DNA of 64,000 bases from Felis catus (Eukaryota): positions 155,250,001 to 155,314,000 of the forward strand of contig NC_058368.1 in NCBI RefSeq assembly GCF_018350175.1, in the 5' to 3' direction. The notes under the pieces are model-generated. The model searched no databases. It saw nothing but the letters and a program-made list of their open reading frames with translations, and was not told where the DNA came from. Positions 12,661 to 25,397 of the stretch are shown one piece after another (the stretch's first letter is position 1; every line of letters starts with the position of its first letter). Position numbers and translations under genes: made by a program.

Positions 12661-13445
12661 AAGAGAGTGTAAAATAAACTATTTGCCTTGTCGAAATTTT
12701 TTATTACCTGATAGTTTTTTCTAATGTTTAAGGTCTCTGTTTTATCCACCAATTGGAGGGCAAGTTTAGCTTTTTAACTGGTTCGCTTTATTTATAAATG
12801 TGTCTTGAAGATCTGAAGATACCATATTTTATCAATGTACCATATATTTTTTTAGTCGTTAATAATTATTTTTCCAAGATGCCTCAGACTTAATACTCTT
12901 GAATTTGACCAAATGAGGAAGGTGGTTGGTGCATCAAGAGGGGGTTCTTCTGCAATAATCACAACCAGATAAAGATTGAATTTGCTACAGCTGATGTACT
13001 TCATACTTTTCAACTTGTGTGCATGAGGATCGAACTGGACATTTCTCCTTTTTATGTCGTGTTGAGTTGTTCTTTAAATTACAGAATTAAATGCTCAAAG
13101 ATGAAATCTTTTGAGTTACAATGTCGCTGAATCAAATGCTGTAAAGATGAAGTAGCTTTGCTGTTATGTCTGTCAAAGCCTTCTAGCTATACTTCACATT
13201 TGGTGCCTTTATATTTGTTCTTCTATTTCTATTTTGTTAAATAAAATGTTGGAACATATACCAAGAAACACAGATTGTCCATAGCAGCATGAGACTTAGG
13301 CTGTGGTTGGAAATAATTTAAATTAAACATTACATGAACACCAAAGAAGTTTCCAACTTCCCAATTTAACTTATGTATAAATTATACCCCACCCCTCAAA
13401 AAATATAAAAATATTATATTAAGGCATCTAGGTATCTAAATATAT

Positions 13446-13470
13446 GATAGATAGATAGATAGATAGATAG
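13446..13470. repeat. (GATA)n microsatellite
   Basis: Read directly. Confidence 0.93.
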
Positions 13471-14244
13471 TCTGTATTTGTGTATAAATTATATTTTAAA
13501 GGGGATAAAAATTAAATATATCCTCATTTTTTAGCAAAAAGATTACTAAATCTCACCAGAATAAAGTACTAAACATAGAAAAATCCCTAGAACATAAATC
13601 TTGCTTGAAGAAATTACCTTACTTAAAATATAAATTATGCTTTTAAAGAGAACTCTTACCCAAAACATACATCCTATGATCAGATAAAGGGCATTCAATG
13701 ATAAGGATGTAAATAATCATGCAAATGCTTTTCCAATTGGGCAACTAGAAGCATTCATTTTATTCCACAGTCCTCCAAAATGCTGTGTTGCTTATCAAGT
13801 TTTAAAATAACTGCTTCCGTGTCCACATTTTGGCAGCCACAAACTATGGCGTGACTAGAACTTTGCTCATGTTACTTTGGATTCACAGGCTGTGTCTAAA
13901 TGCAGCCTCTGAATTGGACTGCCTCATGCAGACTCTAGCCAAATTGGTTGCAGAGATCTTCATCAAATGTTAAGAAATCAAAAAGATCCAATTATTAAAG
14001 ACATTTTAAATGTACAGGCCCACACACAGTCTAGGCTAAGGCCCAACATATCCCACGGAATGACAGAAAACATTTGGCAGCTGATATAACTCTTAGAGTT
14101 GATAACAGATGACCCTGATCAGAGAGTGACAGGAAGTACATTTTCTAAAACTTAGCTGTGACCTAATCACATATTGAATTACCAGAGAAGTTTCATGAAG
14201 AAAACCTTCAGCCCAGTTATGACCCTCCTACACGGACAAGACAT

Positions 14245-17200
14245 CAGAAGAGAAAACAGCAGATACATCAACAGGAAAATGTAATGAATAATTTTATGCC
14301 CATAAATTTGATGACTTAGACAACATGAACAAATTTCCAGAAAGCAATAACTTAACTTAACATGCTCAAAAAAGTATTAACAACCCAAGTGGTCCTATTA
14401 CCATAAAGAACACTGAAGTAAAGTTTAAATCGTTCCCACAAAGAACACAACAGAGAATTTTTATAAATCTTCAGGGAATAATCCCAGTCTTATACAAACA
14501 ATTCCAGAGAATAGAAAAGGCAGGGAAGAGGGGACAATTCATTTTATGTGATTTCATAAAACTCTCATACTGTAAGCAAACAAGGACAGTAAGAGAAAGG
14601 AAAATTACAGGCCAATCTCATTCATGCACATAGATTCAAAAATTCCAAATAAAATATTAGTAAACGTAATTAACCACTCTATACAAAATATACCATCATC
14701 GTTTCAGCTTCTATCAAGAATAAAAAGTTGCCAATTGTGGTTTCAGCTTCAAGCGGTAAGGAGCTTGGAAGATGTGACTCCCATCATTACAAGAAGAAAA
14801 AGCTGGACAAAGTGAAAATCAAAAACTTTGCTTGGATCTATCGGACAACGGAGGTTGTGAGACAAATTACCACCCCAAAACCTAGGGGGAGGCACATCCA
14901 GAAAGATATGAGAGTTGAGACTTGCTTTGCTACAGCAGAAGTTCCTAGAGCCTTAAACTGATAGGAACAATTAAATAGTAATTTTGACAACTGCTGAAAA
15001 AGAAGTGTAGGCATGAGAGTTTCAGACTCCGAGGTGAATTTTTCCTAGGGTCAGGGTCTTTGACTGGTCCCCCTAGATTTTAATGGGCTTTCTCTCCAGC
15101 AACCCCAAAAGGTCTTACATGAGCATCTGAAAACTGGAGAAAGATTCCCGTGTGGCTCTGGCAGGGGGAGGGTAAGAGTAATCCTCATGAAATGTACTCA
15201 GAGACATCTCCATTAAATAGGGCTACTCTCCAAGGCAAAGGACTTTGTCTTAGCATGATTTTGAAACCTTATCCCAGATAGGGGAAAGGAACTCTTCCCT
15301 ATTCCAGCCCCCCTCCAGCCTTCCTGTCTCATTCAAGAGGAAAAAATGAAAACCATAGCAAACAGGGGACAGGGTGTCAAGGAAATAGATTCAAAATGCT
15401 ACAGCTGAGGAAGGGAGCAGGGAAAATAAAAAGCAAACCCCTGGAGGAGGGACAGAAATAATTATAAAGACCACAGCTCCTGAACACAGGCTCACTAAAA
15501 GACTAAGAGTTGATCAAAAGATTACATAAGGCTTAACTTGGAGTGCCTGACTGGCTCAGCCAGTAAAGCATGCAACTATTGATCTCAGGGTCACGAGTTT
15601 GAGCCCCACGCTGGGTGGAGAGATTACTTTAAAAAATAAATTACGATACTCCTCCTCATCCACCACGGCATCTACTGGGTTTCAGTAAAATAATAGTGGA
15701 TTTCAGCCAAAAAAGCTGCAAGACACAGGATCTCTCTGGGGAGCAGTATATAGGGAAGCCCCAAAACAAAGAGAAGAGACAAAAACAAGGATGCTGGAGG
15801 AATCTGAGGACTCTGCAACGGTAACTACAACACACGTTAAACACGTTAAACACAACCCAACTCTTAGCAAGAGTAGCGTAAGTCCACAGGCTGAAGGCCT
15901 ATTAAATTAGTCTCTGTTATCTGATACAATATGTTCTGCTTACAACAACAACAAAAAATTACAAGGTTGCCAAAAGACAGGGGGGAAAAAAGCACAATCT
16001 GAAGATAAACACAATCTGAGGAGAGAAAGCGGTCATCAGAATGAGACGCGGATGTGGCAGACCTAATGGAATTATCAAACAGAGAATTTAAAGGAACTAC
16101 AATTATTATGCCAAGCTCTCTAATGGAAAAAGGAGACAACATGCAGATTCAGATGGGTAATGTTAAGTGAAGAGGTGGAAACCTTAAGGAAGAATAAAGA
16201 GGAAATGCTATAAATTGCAAACACATTAAAGAAATGATGAATGGTCTTGATGGGCTCATCGTAGACTTGACACACTTGAGAAACAATCAGCAAACTTGAG
16301 GTAAATAGGTCAATAGAAAATTCTCAAACTGAGATGCAAAGAGAAAACAGAATGACACAGAACAGAACTTCTAAGCACAATGGGACAACTTCAAAAGGTA
16401 TAACCAATTCATAATTATAACACCAGAAGAACTAAGAGAAGGAAGAAAAAGTATTTGAACTTATAATGGTGAAGAACTTTCCATTTGAAGGACAGATAGA
16501 CAACCCACATATTCAAGAATCTTAAAAACACTAAGCAAGACTTTTTTAAATAGCAACAACAACAACAAACCACCTAACCTCTTGTATTCAAATTACATAA
16601 AACCTGGGACAAATAGAAAATCTTGTTAGAAGCCACGGATGAAGAATAAGACAACGCTTCTCTCTGTGACAACTTCTGCTTAACATTGTATCAAAGGTCT
16701 TGGGAAAAGTTAAGCAAAAAGAATTCAAAAGGAAGAGAGAAAACTACCATGATTCTTAAATAACACAACAATGTGTATAAAAACCCAGACTTAATTATAA
16801 AGTTTGTAATATTTTTATGAAGAAAGTTATAAAACTTGATTGGAACACATAAAAGAAGATATGAAAAACTTGAGAGATGTGTCATCTTCATGGATACAAT
16901 AACTGAACACTACAAAGATGTGAAATCTCCTCTAATTCATGTGCAGACTAAAGGCAATTCTAAGAAATTTCCAAAGGTTTTCGGTGAAACTCAACATGTC
17001 AATTCTAAACCTTGCATGGAAGATCAAGGGTTAAAACTATCTAAGTCAATCTTCTGACAAAAAACAGGATGGGGGAATTTCCCTATCTGATACCAAAAAA
17101 AAAATATATATATATATTATCAAGTTACATTAGTTAATACAGTGCAGAACGGGAACATAAGAAAGAAAAGGAATGGAATATAGAATCTGCAGGCAGATAC

Positions 17201-17450
17201 ACACCTGCATATAAACTTGAGTTGTGAAGCAGTAACATTGTAGGTCAGGGAGGAAATGTGTCAATAAGTGTTATCTGGACAATTGCTTATCTATATGGGG
17301 GGAAGAAAGAAGTTGAACCTCTGTATCACACAAAGCATAAAAATGAATCCCAAGTGGATGAAAGACTTAAAGGAGAAAGACAAAATGATAAAACTTTTAA
17401 AGGTTAGTAAACCGCAGAGAAGACAGAAAATAAATACTTTGTATGCTATG
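14245..17450 (+). mobile_element. Ancient L1M complex: decayed ORF2 pieces (~14245-14700, ~16650-17450) around an L1 5'UTR/ORF1 region (~14730-16640)
   Basis: ORF2-like peptides (IDSKIPNKIL; KKLNLCITQSIKMNPKWMKDLK) and ORF1-type sequence (ggaattatcaaacagagaatttaa; gatgggctcatcgtagacttgacaca). Heavily disrupted. Confidence 0.8.
15539..15640 (+). mobile_element. Short old Can-SINE
   Basis: ggagtgcctgactggctcag...gagtttgagccccacgctgggtggagagattactttaaaaaataaa. Confidence 0.85.
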
Positions 17451-17659
17451 TATTAAGTCCAATGATGACACAAAGGGGGAGATCTCTGTTTGGGAAGGTG
17501 GGAAGGGAGCGATTATTCCAAGCAGAAGAACTGGCGACTTCGAAGACCCAGGGGTGTGTATTGGCAGGGACTTGCGGGGACGGGTAAGCAGCAGCGTAGG
17601 GCTGGCTATCTCGATGTATGGGGGCAGGAATGGTAATGGAAACTAATCTGGAAAAATCG

Positions 17660-18190
17660 ATGGAGGTCAAATCCTAAAGAGCCTTGTTTGCTCCATGAAG
17701 GAATTTGAGCACAGTCCTATAGGAGCCACCAAGGAATTTGAAATAGAAGTAACAAGATTTCATCTGCATTTCAGATACATCCATCCGACTTCCAGGTAGG
17801 TGACAGAATGGAAAGGGCTTCGACTGGAAGCAGGAACTAAGCAGACTAGTAAAGGAATGTAGGCACTCATGTTAGCTTGAGTTAAGACAGCTGCAAAGGA
17901 GCCAAAGAGGAGCAGAGGGAATGAAACAGGAGATAAGGAGGAGTTGGAATCCACAGGGTTCTGTAACCGTGTGGAGGAGGTGGAGGATGTGAGAATGCCT
18001 CTCAGGCTTCCAGAATGGGTAAATGAGTAGATGGTGATGTAAATTAATAACAGCAAGAGGAACCAATTTGGGGGATGGGAGATAAGGAGTGAGATAGTGA
18101 GTTCGGTTTTAAACAAACTGATTTTGGATACTATTATCATATCCAGGCGGAGATGTTCAGTCAGCGTTGAAGACGTCAAGACATTGGAGA
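17660..18190 (-). mobile_element. LINE-2 fragment
   Basis: Antisense L2-like motifs (gtgagaatgcctctcaggcttcc...gggtaaatgagtagatggtgatg; gtgagttcggttttaaaca). Confidence 0.7.
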
Positions 18191-20222
18191 TAGTGAAAGG
18201 TCAAAACCAGTTGTGTCCACAGTGAAGGAACAAAATCAGAAGGCACCCTGATATTGTTAAAGAAAGTTAGCTCTAAATGATTATGGTGGTCAGAGGCACC
18301 ACCTGGAAAATGTGCTGCCTGGGGGGAAAAAGTCTGAAAAAGAAACTACTGCTAAATTTCTGTCTTAATTAAAAACAAAATTATATTTACTGATGTGAAA
18401 ATAATGAGGTCCGAATGAGCTTGAAGACCCAAAGTTGCAAAGATACTTTGTAAAATTTAAATCATTGTGCCTACCTTTGCTGACTCGGGTGAAGGTTTCT
18501 CTCTATTCGCTCTTTATACATAGAATGTATAAGAAACACATTGTTGGGGTAAATCTCTCCTAGATGGAGATATCTAGGGTCTCACGCTATCTAAGTTCTT
18601 CCTTGAAAACTAGAATGTTCAATACAGTAGCAACAGCATCCCAAGACGTAATGGGAAAATGCAGTCTAAAATGCCAGGGAAAATTAAAACAACCCTGTAA
18701 CGGTGGCACTGGCACTTTAGATCCCTCCATAAACTTCTGATTAACTAGAGTAACAGAGATCAAATGAACACAGAAGCAGATTTAGCTTTTCAGACTTCGG
18801 AGCATCATATAGGGAATCATTGCCTCAGTGACCTGGAAAACTGTACACATTCCCCGAGGTGAACAGAGAGATTTAACTCAATAAATATTACAGAGAGCAC
18901 ATGAGAAAGCTGCCGAAGTTTCAGAGATGGGCTTTTAAATAAAACAATTACAGAATTGATGGAGTAGGTCTTCTGGTTTTATCGCCTTCACTTTTTCTAG
19001 GTCTCTAAAAAAGCAACATGTTTTTAAACGTTACAGGCAGTTTCCTTGGCACCTTTTGACATTAGCTATTATCTTTCTTAATTCCCTAAATTCTCTCTGT
19101 TTTCAAAATCTCCACTTGTCATTTCTCTATTGTTTCCCCCGACATGTGTGCAGAAATGGAGAGACTCCAACTCCAAGCAGACCTAAAGACGTGTCTGTGT
19201 CACTAAACACAGTCCATTGTACTCTATTTTTCTTTAGTTACAGAATCTCTAAGAAAATGCTCAAAACAATTATGCTTCACGTTATACGATAAAAATAGCT
19301 TTCTGTATTAAGCTGCTGCACATGTTGGGGAGACAGTGTTGTTTTTTTACTAGCATTTTTCTTGAACACACATCTCTGACCGAAACTCTGAGCTTCACTC
19401 CCAAGACAGTACAAATCGGCTCTTTTTACTTCTCTCATTGGCCTCCCTAAACAGTATTAGTTGATTTCTAGTTACTAGAAGCTCTGGAACGTAGGAAACC
19501 AGGTGCTGCTATTTTATTTCTTCTGCTTCTCTAAAAGCCTAAGGTTTAAACACTGAATAACAACCTTGGCTAATGGAAGCTGTCCTTTGATTCCAGCATC
19601 GTTGATTGCCAGGCATCGTATTTAAATAATTACGGTGTAGAGTCCTAAATTAGAAATAAACTCTACCCTATGGCATGGACATTTAAGTTAGATATTCAGA
19701 TTGGTAGCATTATAGTTTTGCATGCTTGACCATGTTTAATAATAAATGACATACTCTGCTTAAATGGTTATGTTTGAAGGTTAAGTTACCATGTGAAAAT
19801 CTCTTTGGTTTTCATACTATTATAATAAATGACTGATTTTAATTTTATTTGGAGTATTAACCTTGGCTGAAATAATCCTAAACCGTGCTGGGTTTTGTTT
19901 TCCATAATATTTTAGTGATTCTCAACCCACCACACTTTTATAAACGGGTATACATAAAGGTCATACCTTTCTGTGAAAGACATGTGATTCTCTTTCAAAC
20001 AGAGAAAGACCAGACACAAAGTAAAAGTGAGAAAAAGTTGGGGTCAGGCAAACAGCTTTATTTGCCACACAGTGAACGGAGCAATGCTACTTGTCCGTCT
20101 TGGGGGTTTTGTTCCAATTTCTTTCCCGAACTGGCTGCTGGAAAATCATCTGTCCCAGAGAATGGAGTCTGAGGACTAAATCCACAAATATTGGTAATCA
20201 CCGGTGATAATTATTAGGGCAG

Positions 20223-21069
20223 TGTATTTGTTTTCTGTAGCAACTGTAACAAATTGCCACAAACGGAGTGGCTTAAAACAACACAGATTTATTATCTCAT
20301 AGTTCTGGAAATCAGAAGTCCAAAATGAGTCTCACTGGGCTAAAATTAAGGTGTCAACAGAGCTGTGTTCCTTCTGGAAGCTGTAGGGAGAATCTATTTC
20401 CTTGCCTCTTCCAGCTCTATCTTAGTCTACTCAGGCTGCTCTCACAAAATACCACAGACAGGAGAGATTATAAACAACAGAAATTTATTTCTCACAGTTC
20501 TAGAGACTGCAAGTCCAAGATCAGAGGACCAGCATGGTTGGGTGAGGGTTCTCTTTGGGTCACAGACTACCTGGTGTGTCCTCACATGGCAGAAGGGCTG
20601 ACGAAGCTCTGTGGGGTCTCGTTTTAAGAGCACTAATCCCATTTATGAGGACTCCACCCTCGTGACTTAATCACCTCCTAAAGGGCCCACCTGCTAATGC
20701 CACATCACATTAGCCATTAGGATTAAAATGTATGAGTTGTGAGAGAATACATTCAGCCGCAAGTTCCTAGAGGCCCGTCACCTTCCTTGCCTCATGGCCC
20801 CCTTCCTCCATCTTCAAAGCCCAGAACAAAAAGTTCTTCTCACACTGCCCACCTCACTGGTCCTCTTAGTTCTGATTCCTCTTCCACTCTTAAGGATGCA
20901 TGTGATTACATTGAGTCCACATGGATAATACAGGGTTATTAAGGTCAGGTGGTTAGCAACATTAATTTCATCTGCAAACCCAACTCCTCTTTCCCTGGTA
21001 GCCTAACATACTCACAAGTTCTTTGAATTAGGACCTGGATATCTTTGGGGAGCCATTGTCCTGCCTACA
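20223..21069 (-). mobile_element. MaLR solo LTR (MLT1C/D-like), split by a second LTR
   Basis: tgtatttgttttctgtagcaactgtaacaaattgccacaaac at the start; gggagccattgtcctgcctaca at the end. Confidence 0.88.
20418..20761 (-). mobile_element. MaLR solo LTR (MLT1A-like), nested
   Basis: tatcttagtctactcaggctgctctcacaaaatacc...acattcagccgca, flanked by agctc (20413-20417) and agttc (20762-20766). Confidence 0.85.
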
Positions 21070-21486
21070 ATAAACTCTTACACAGCATTATTTTGACAAG
21101 AACTGTGATACTCCCTTGAAAGCAATACACGTCTCAAGGGACACCTAACTCTGGCTCCCCTCTTAAGCATTAACAATCCCACGGAGATATGCACCCCTGA
21201 AGAGGGCCACTTACCCCACTTACCCCCAGATTCTCCCACTCACACCTTTGCCATGGAGTTGTCCCCACTGTGAGCTGGCATTGACTCACCTGACAAGGGG
21301 TGGGGTGGGGAGAATCATGAAACTTGAAGGCCAAGGCAGAGAATCTTCAGGAAGAGGAAATACCTGTGTCTCCCATGAGCTTGTGTCTTATGATTCCAGT
21401 TCTGGACATCCTCAATGCCTGTTTTCAGAAGCTTCCTGTTACCTGGTGACTATCCCACCAAAATATGTCTAAAATACTTGTGTATG

Positions 21487-21704
21487 GGGACGTCTGGATG
21501 ACTCAGTCAGTTAAGCCTCGTACTCTTGATTTCAGCTCAGGTAATGATCTCACCATTAGTGAGTTCGAGCCCCACCTCCAGCTCTGTGCTGACAGTGCAG
21601 GAGCCTGCTTAAGATTCTCTGTCTCTCTGTCTCTCTGTCTCTCTGTCTCTCTCTCTTTCTCTCTCTTCCCCTCCCCAACACATGCACGCTCTCAAAAATA
21701 AATA
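21487..21704 (+). mobile_element. Can-SINE
   Basis: ggggacgtctggatgactcagtcag head, B-box, (CT)n, aaaataaat. Confidence 0.93.
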
Positions 21705-21880
21705 TTTTTTTTAAAAGGAAATACTTTTTTTAAAAAAGGAAATACTTTAAAAAGGAAATACTTTTTTTTAAAAGGAAATCCTTTTTTAAAAAGGAAATCT
21801 TTTTTTTAAAAAGGAAATACTTTTTTTAAAAAAGGAAATACTTTTTTTTAAAAAGGAAATACTTTTTTAAAAAGGAAATT
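21705..21880. repeat. Minisatellite, 9 copies of (T)n(A)nGGAAATAC (16-21 bp unit)
   Basis: ggaaat occurs at about 21717, 21738, 21754, 21774, 21793, 21813, 21834, 21855 and 21874. Confidence 0.95.
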
Positions 21881-22254
21881 AGTTAAGGTAAAAGTAAGCC
21901 ACTATGACGGCTTCTTTCTAACAATGAGATACAACTTTTGGTCTCTCTGACGTCATGGTCCACCCAATCTCAGCTGAAGGGGTAGCTCTGACCATTCATC
22001 AGCCCAGATCCCTCCCATCCTGACTTTGTTGAGTGACCATTGTCCTCATCTGCCTGGTCAAAGTGGGGTTACCTTCAAATCTGTTTCTATCCCAGAGGTA
22101 TAACAAGGGAAGTTTAGTATGAGTAATTCTTCTCAGCAAGTGAGGCAGTGACTGCTCTAATCACTTCCCCTCACATTCAAAATTTAATCACGCAGACACA
22201 CACCTAGCTGCAAGGGAGGCTGGGAAATGTAGTCTCTAGCGAGGGAGCTTCCAA

Positions 22255-22425
22255 CACTTATTTAGGGGCTGCTTTGTGCCAAGTTCTTTATGCACGTTTT
22301 TCGTATTGCTTGTTATAAACAAATGAAGCAACAGAGGCTGAAAGTAGCTAAGTCATTTGCTCATGATTACCCAGAACACCTGGAGCTGAACCCAGTCTTT
22401 CTGGTCACAAAGCTGTGGTCTTTCC
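22255..22425 (-). mobile_element. MIR
   Basis: aaatgaagcaacagaggctgaaagtagctaagtcatttgctca...gaacccagtct resembles the antisense MIR core. Confidence 0.65.
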
Positions 22426-22774
22426 AAAGCAACATGTGACCTCAGAGCTACACACACTGCCTTGCTAGGCAGAACTTGTTTTTCAGGATTTTGGAAAACA
22501 TTAAAGTTAGATCTGCCTCTTTTCTAAGTTCTTCATTTCCCTATACAAACATTCCCTCTACCTTCTTTTTCCTTTCACTGGTCAAAACATAGTGTTCACA
22601 TTTATTTTATCATTTGTCCTATGTATTCAGTAAAGTGCTGTGTACATTTATAGAGTCCTTAATTTAAAATTTTAAAAGTCCTCAGATTGTTGTAGTCTCT
22701 TACTTTTAAAGAGCTTATTTCAAATTCATTCAATTCACTCTTTCCTTTGCTGTCTTTAAAGACACTTGACTTCT

Positions 22775-22980
22775 GGGGCCCCTGGGTTGGCTCAGTCAGT
22801 TAGTTCTCCGACTTCAGCTCAGGTCATGATCTCATAGCTTGCGAGTTCAAACCCTGGGCCGGGCTCTGTGCTGACAGCTCAGGGCCTGGGGGGCCTGCTT
22901 CAGATTCTATGTCTCCTTGTCTCTGCACTTCCCCTGTGCTCTTTCTCTCTCTCAAATATAAACATGAAAAAAAATTTTTA
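22775..22980 (+). mobile_element. Can-SINE
   Basis: ggggcccctgggttggctcagtcag head. Degenerate TSD beginning aaagaca. Confidence 0.92.
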
Positions 22981-24852
22981 AAGACATTTTATTTCCTTCC
23001 CCACAGTGGCCTACCTTGGTGGGAGGAGTTACTCGTTGAAGGCAAGGAGCATGCAGGCTTCAAGTTAATGATTAGACCCACAACCTTGCACAAGAGCAAA
23101 CCCAGAGCAAGATCAACCAGAGGCTGAAGAGAATTAGTAGGTGGCAGAAAACCTTATAAAAAGAAAAGGGGAAGTTTGCTGCAGAACCCCAGCCCCTTTG
23201 AAAACAGAGTGGGAAGCGACGGAGAGTGTCCTGTCTACTCTTCCTCTTTAGGAAGTATTCACTTGTCCTTTCTCTGCTGTTTCATAAGCCTTTATATCAG
23301 CATTCATGAACTTCCAGTCCCAGTTTTGAAGGTAGCGCCCAAGAGACAGAGTGATGATCTTCAGTCGGTTCTTCATCCTTCCACAGCACTCTGCATACAA
23401 ATGGTGTTCGCTAAAAGATTTTGGAACTTAAATGTGGAAGGTATGAGTGAAAAACCATGGATGACATATGCTCTTTTCTTCTTCCCAGAGCCCAGACAGA
23501 CAATGACCGTCTGATGGTTACATATCTGATGATAAGGTCCGCAGAGAATGTCAAACGCATGCTCACTGACACCGTGGGCCCCACGGCACTGGAGGGCCTC
23601 CGGACCCGGGTTTGCCTCTCAGGTGCTCACCGACATAGCTCCTACCACCACCCCTGCAAAGAGACCAACAACAGTGCATGTCCTTGTAAGCTTAAAGTGC
23701 TTTTTCTCAAAGCTGCATAACTTGTCAAAATTGTTTGCCCACATCACTGCAATCTGTGTGCAGGGAAGCCTGAAACAAGCCCGTGTTTGGAAAGCAATGG
23801 AGAAAGTACAAGAGGTTCTGAAATTCATAAGCCTGGGAAAGCAATGATTCAGAGAGAAGCTGCTCTTCTCGGTTCTTCCAAATTGAAAAGCACTCAAAGC
23901 AATAGAGCAGCTGCTGCTTGCCTAGGCTGGTTCCTATTGACCTGACTTGACCTTGTACCTCACGTGTGAATTGGGCCTCCAGCCAGACCCGGAAACCACA
24001 GCCCCCTCCCATGACCAAGTCTGACCTACACATCTCTCCTCCCTGCAGAAGCACCAGGGGAGGCTGGCCGCAGAGAGACAGTCAAGAGTGAGGTCAAAGG
24101 AGTTGCTTAATTAAAGGGTTAACACCGAAGCAGTCCCCACAGCCCTCCTTCCTTCCCTTTCTGCCAGTCTGCTCTCTTCTCATCCTTTACATTTTATAGT
24201 CTTCACTTCCAATTACAGGGGATTAATAATTAAGTGATTGTTAATTCTTTTCTGTCTCCTGGAAGTCATGATCATCTGAGCAATGATGATACAACCGTAG
24301 CCTGAGAAGGAAATGAAGATGGACAGAACTGAAAGAAAATACAGTGTTTTCCTTCCTGTGTAAAAATTATAGCATCCTCAAACGAAATAAGTTGTAGTTC
24401 ATAGTCTTCAACCCATAAACAAACAATTTATTCTATTTTGAAATATGTTTCTTCTTTCCCATTTCCCAAGTACTTTCATGTTCTCCAGACTTGGGGAGGA
24501 GAAATAAAGGCAACATTACCATTCAGGAATCATTATGAGCTTCCTTGGCAACAATTATTCAACTTTAAATATTTACTTGGCAGCTGATTCAAATTCAAGT
24601 AGACCTGCAGTTATTGGGTAAAATAAAGTGTGCCCCATAACTCAAAGCCCTCATAATGTGTGTAAATTTTTCAGGTGACCTAATTTGTGTTTCCAGTTTG
24701 ACACACAGTAAGTTAGGTCACTCATTACTGGATGGCATGCAACTAAGGCCAACCCAAAAGATCTCAGTCAACGAATGTTCTTCTCTGATGTTGTTCTTGA
24801 CTTCCCAGGTTTGTAAAACTAAATCCATTCTGGAAAACAGTGAATCTTTATG

Positions 24853-24854
<2 letters not shown>

Positions 24855-24883
<29 letters not shown>
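24855..24883. repeat. (GT)n microsatellite
   Basis: Read directly. Confidence 0.95.
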
Positions 24884-24924
24884 ATGTGTTTGTAGCTAGG
24901 TGATGAATACCAAGCATGTTCCTA

Positions 24925-25138
24925 TTTTTTTAAGTTTATTTACTTATTTTTGAGAGAAAGAGAGAGAGAGTGTCAGTAGGGGAGGGGCAGAGAGAGAGGA
25001 GAGAGAGAATCCCAACCAGTTTCCGTGCTGTCAGTATGGAGCCTGCCACAGGGCTCGAACCCCCAAACCATTGAGATCATGACCTGAGCCGAAATCAAGA
25101 GTCGGATGCTTACCCAACAGAGCCACCCAGGTGCCCCC
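24925..25138 (-). mobile_element. Can-SINE
   Basis: Antisense full-length copy ending gagccacccaggtgccccc. Confidence 0.93.
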
Positions 25139-25174
25139 TAACTATTTTAAAGAAATTCAAAGAACTGGTAACTA

Positions 25175-25343
25175 GGGGCACCTGGATGGCTCAGTTGGTT
25201 AACCAGTTAAGTATCTGATTCTTGATTTCTGCCCAGGTCATGATCTCGTGGTTCGTTGCATCTAGCCCTGTCCAGTGCAGAGCCTGCTTGGGATTCTCTC
25301 TCTCCTCTGTCTCTCTGCCCCTTCCCCACTTGTGTTTGCACTT

Positions 25344-25381
<38 letters not shown>

Positions 25382-25397
25382 TAAATAAATAAATAAC
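25175..25397 (+). mobile_element. Can-SINE
   Basis: TSD agaactgg(t/c)aacta at 25161-25174 and 25398-25411. Confidence 0.93.

Noticed and set aside
21705..21880. CRISPR-like array
   Set aside because: There are no unique spacers, only homopolymer length variation. The context is mammalian and no cas genes are present.
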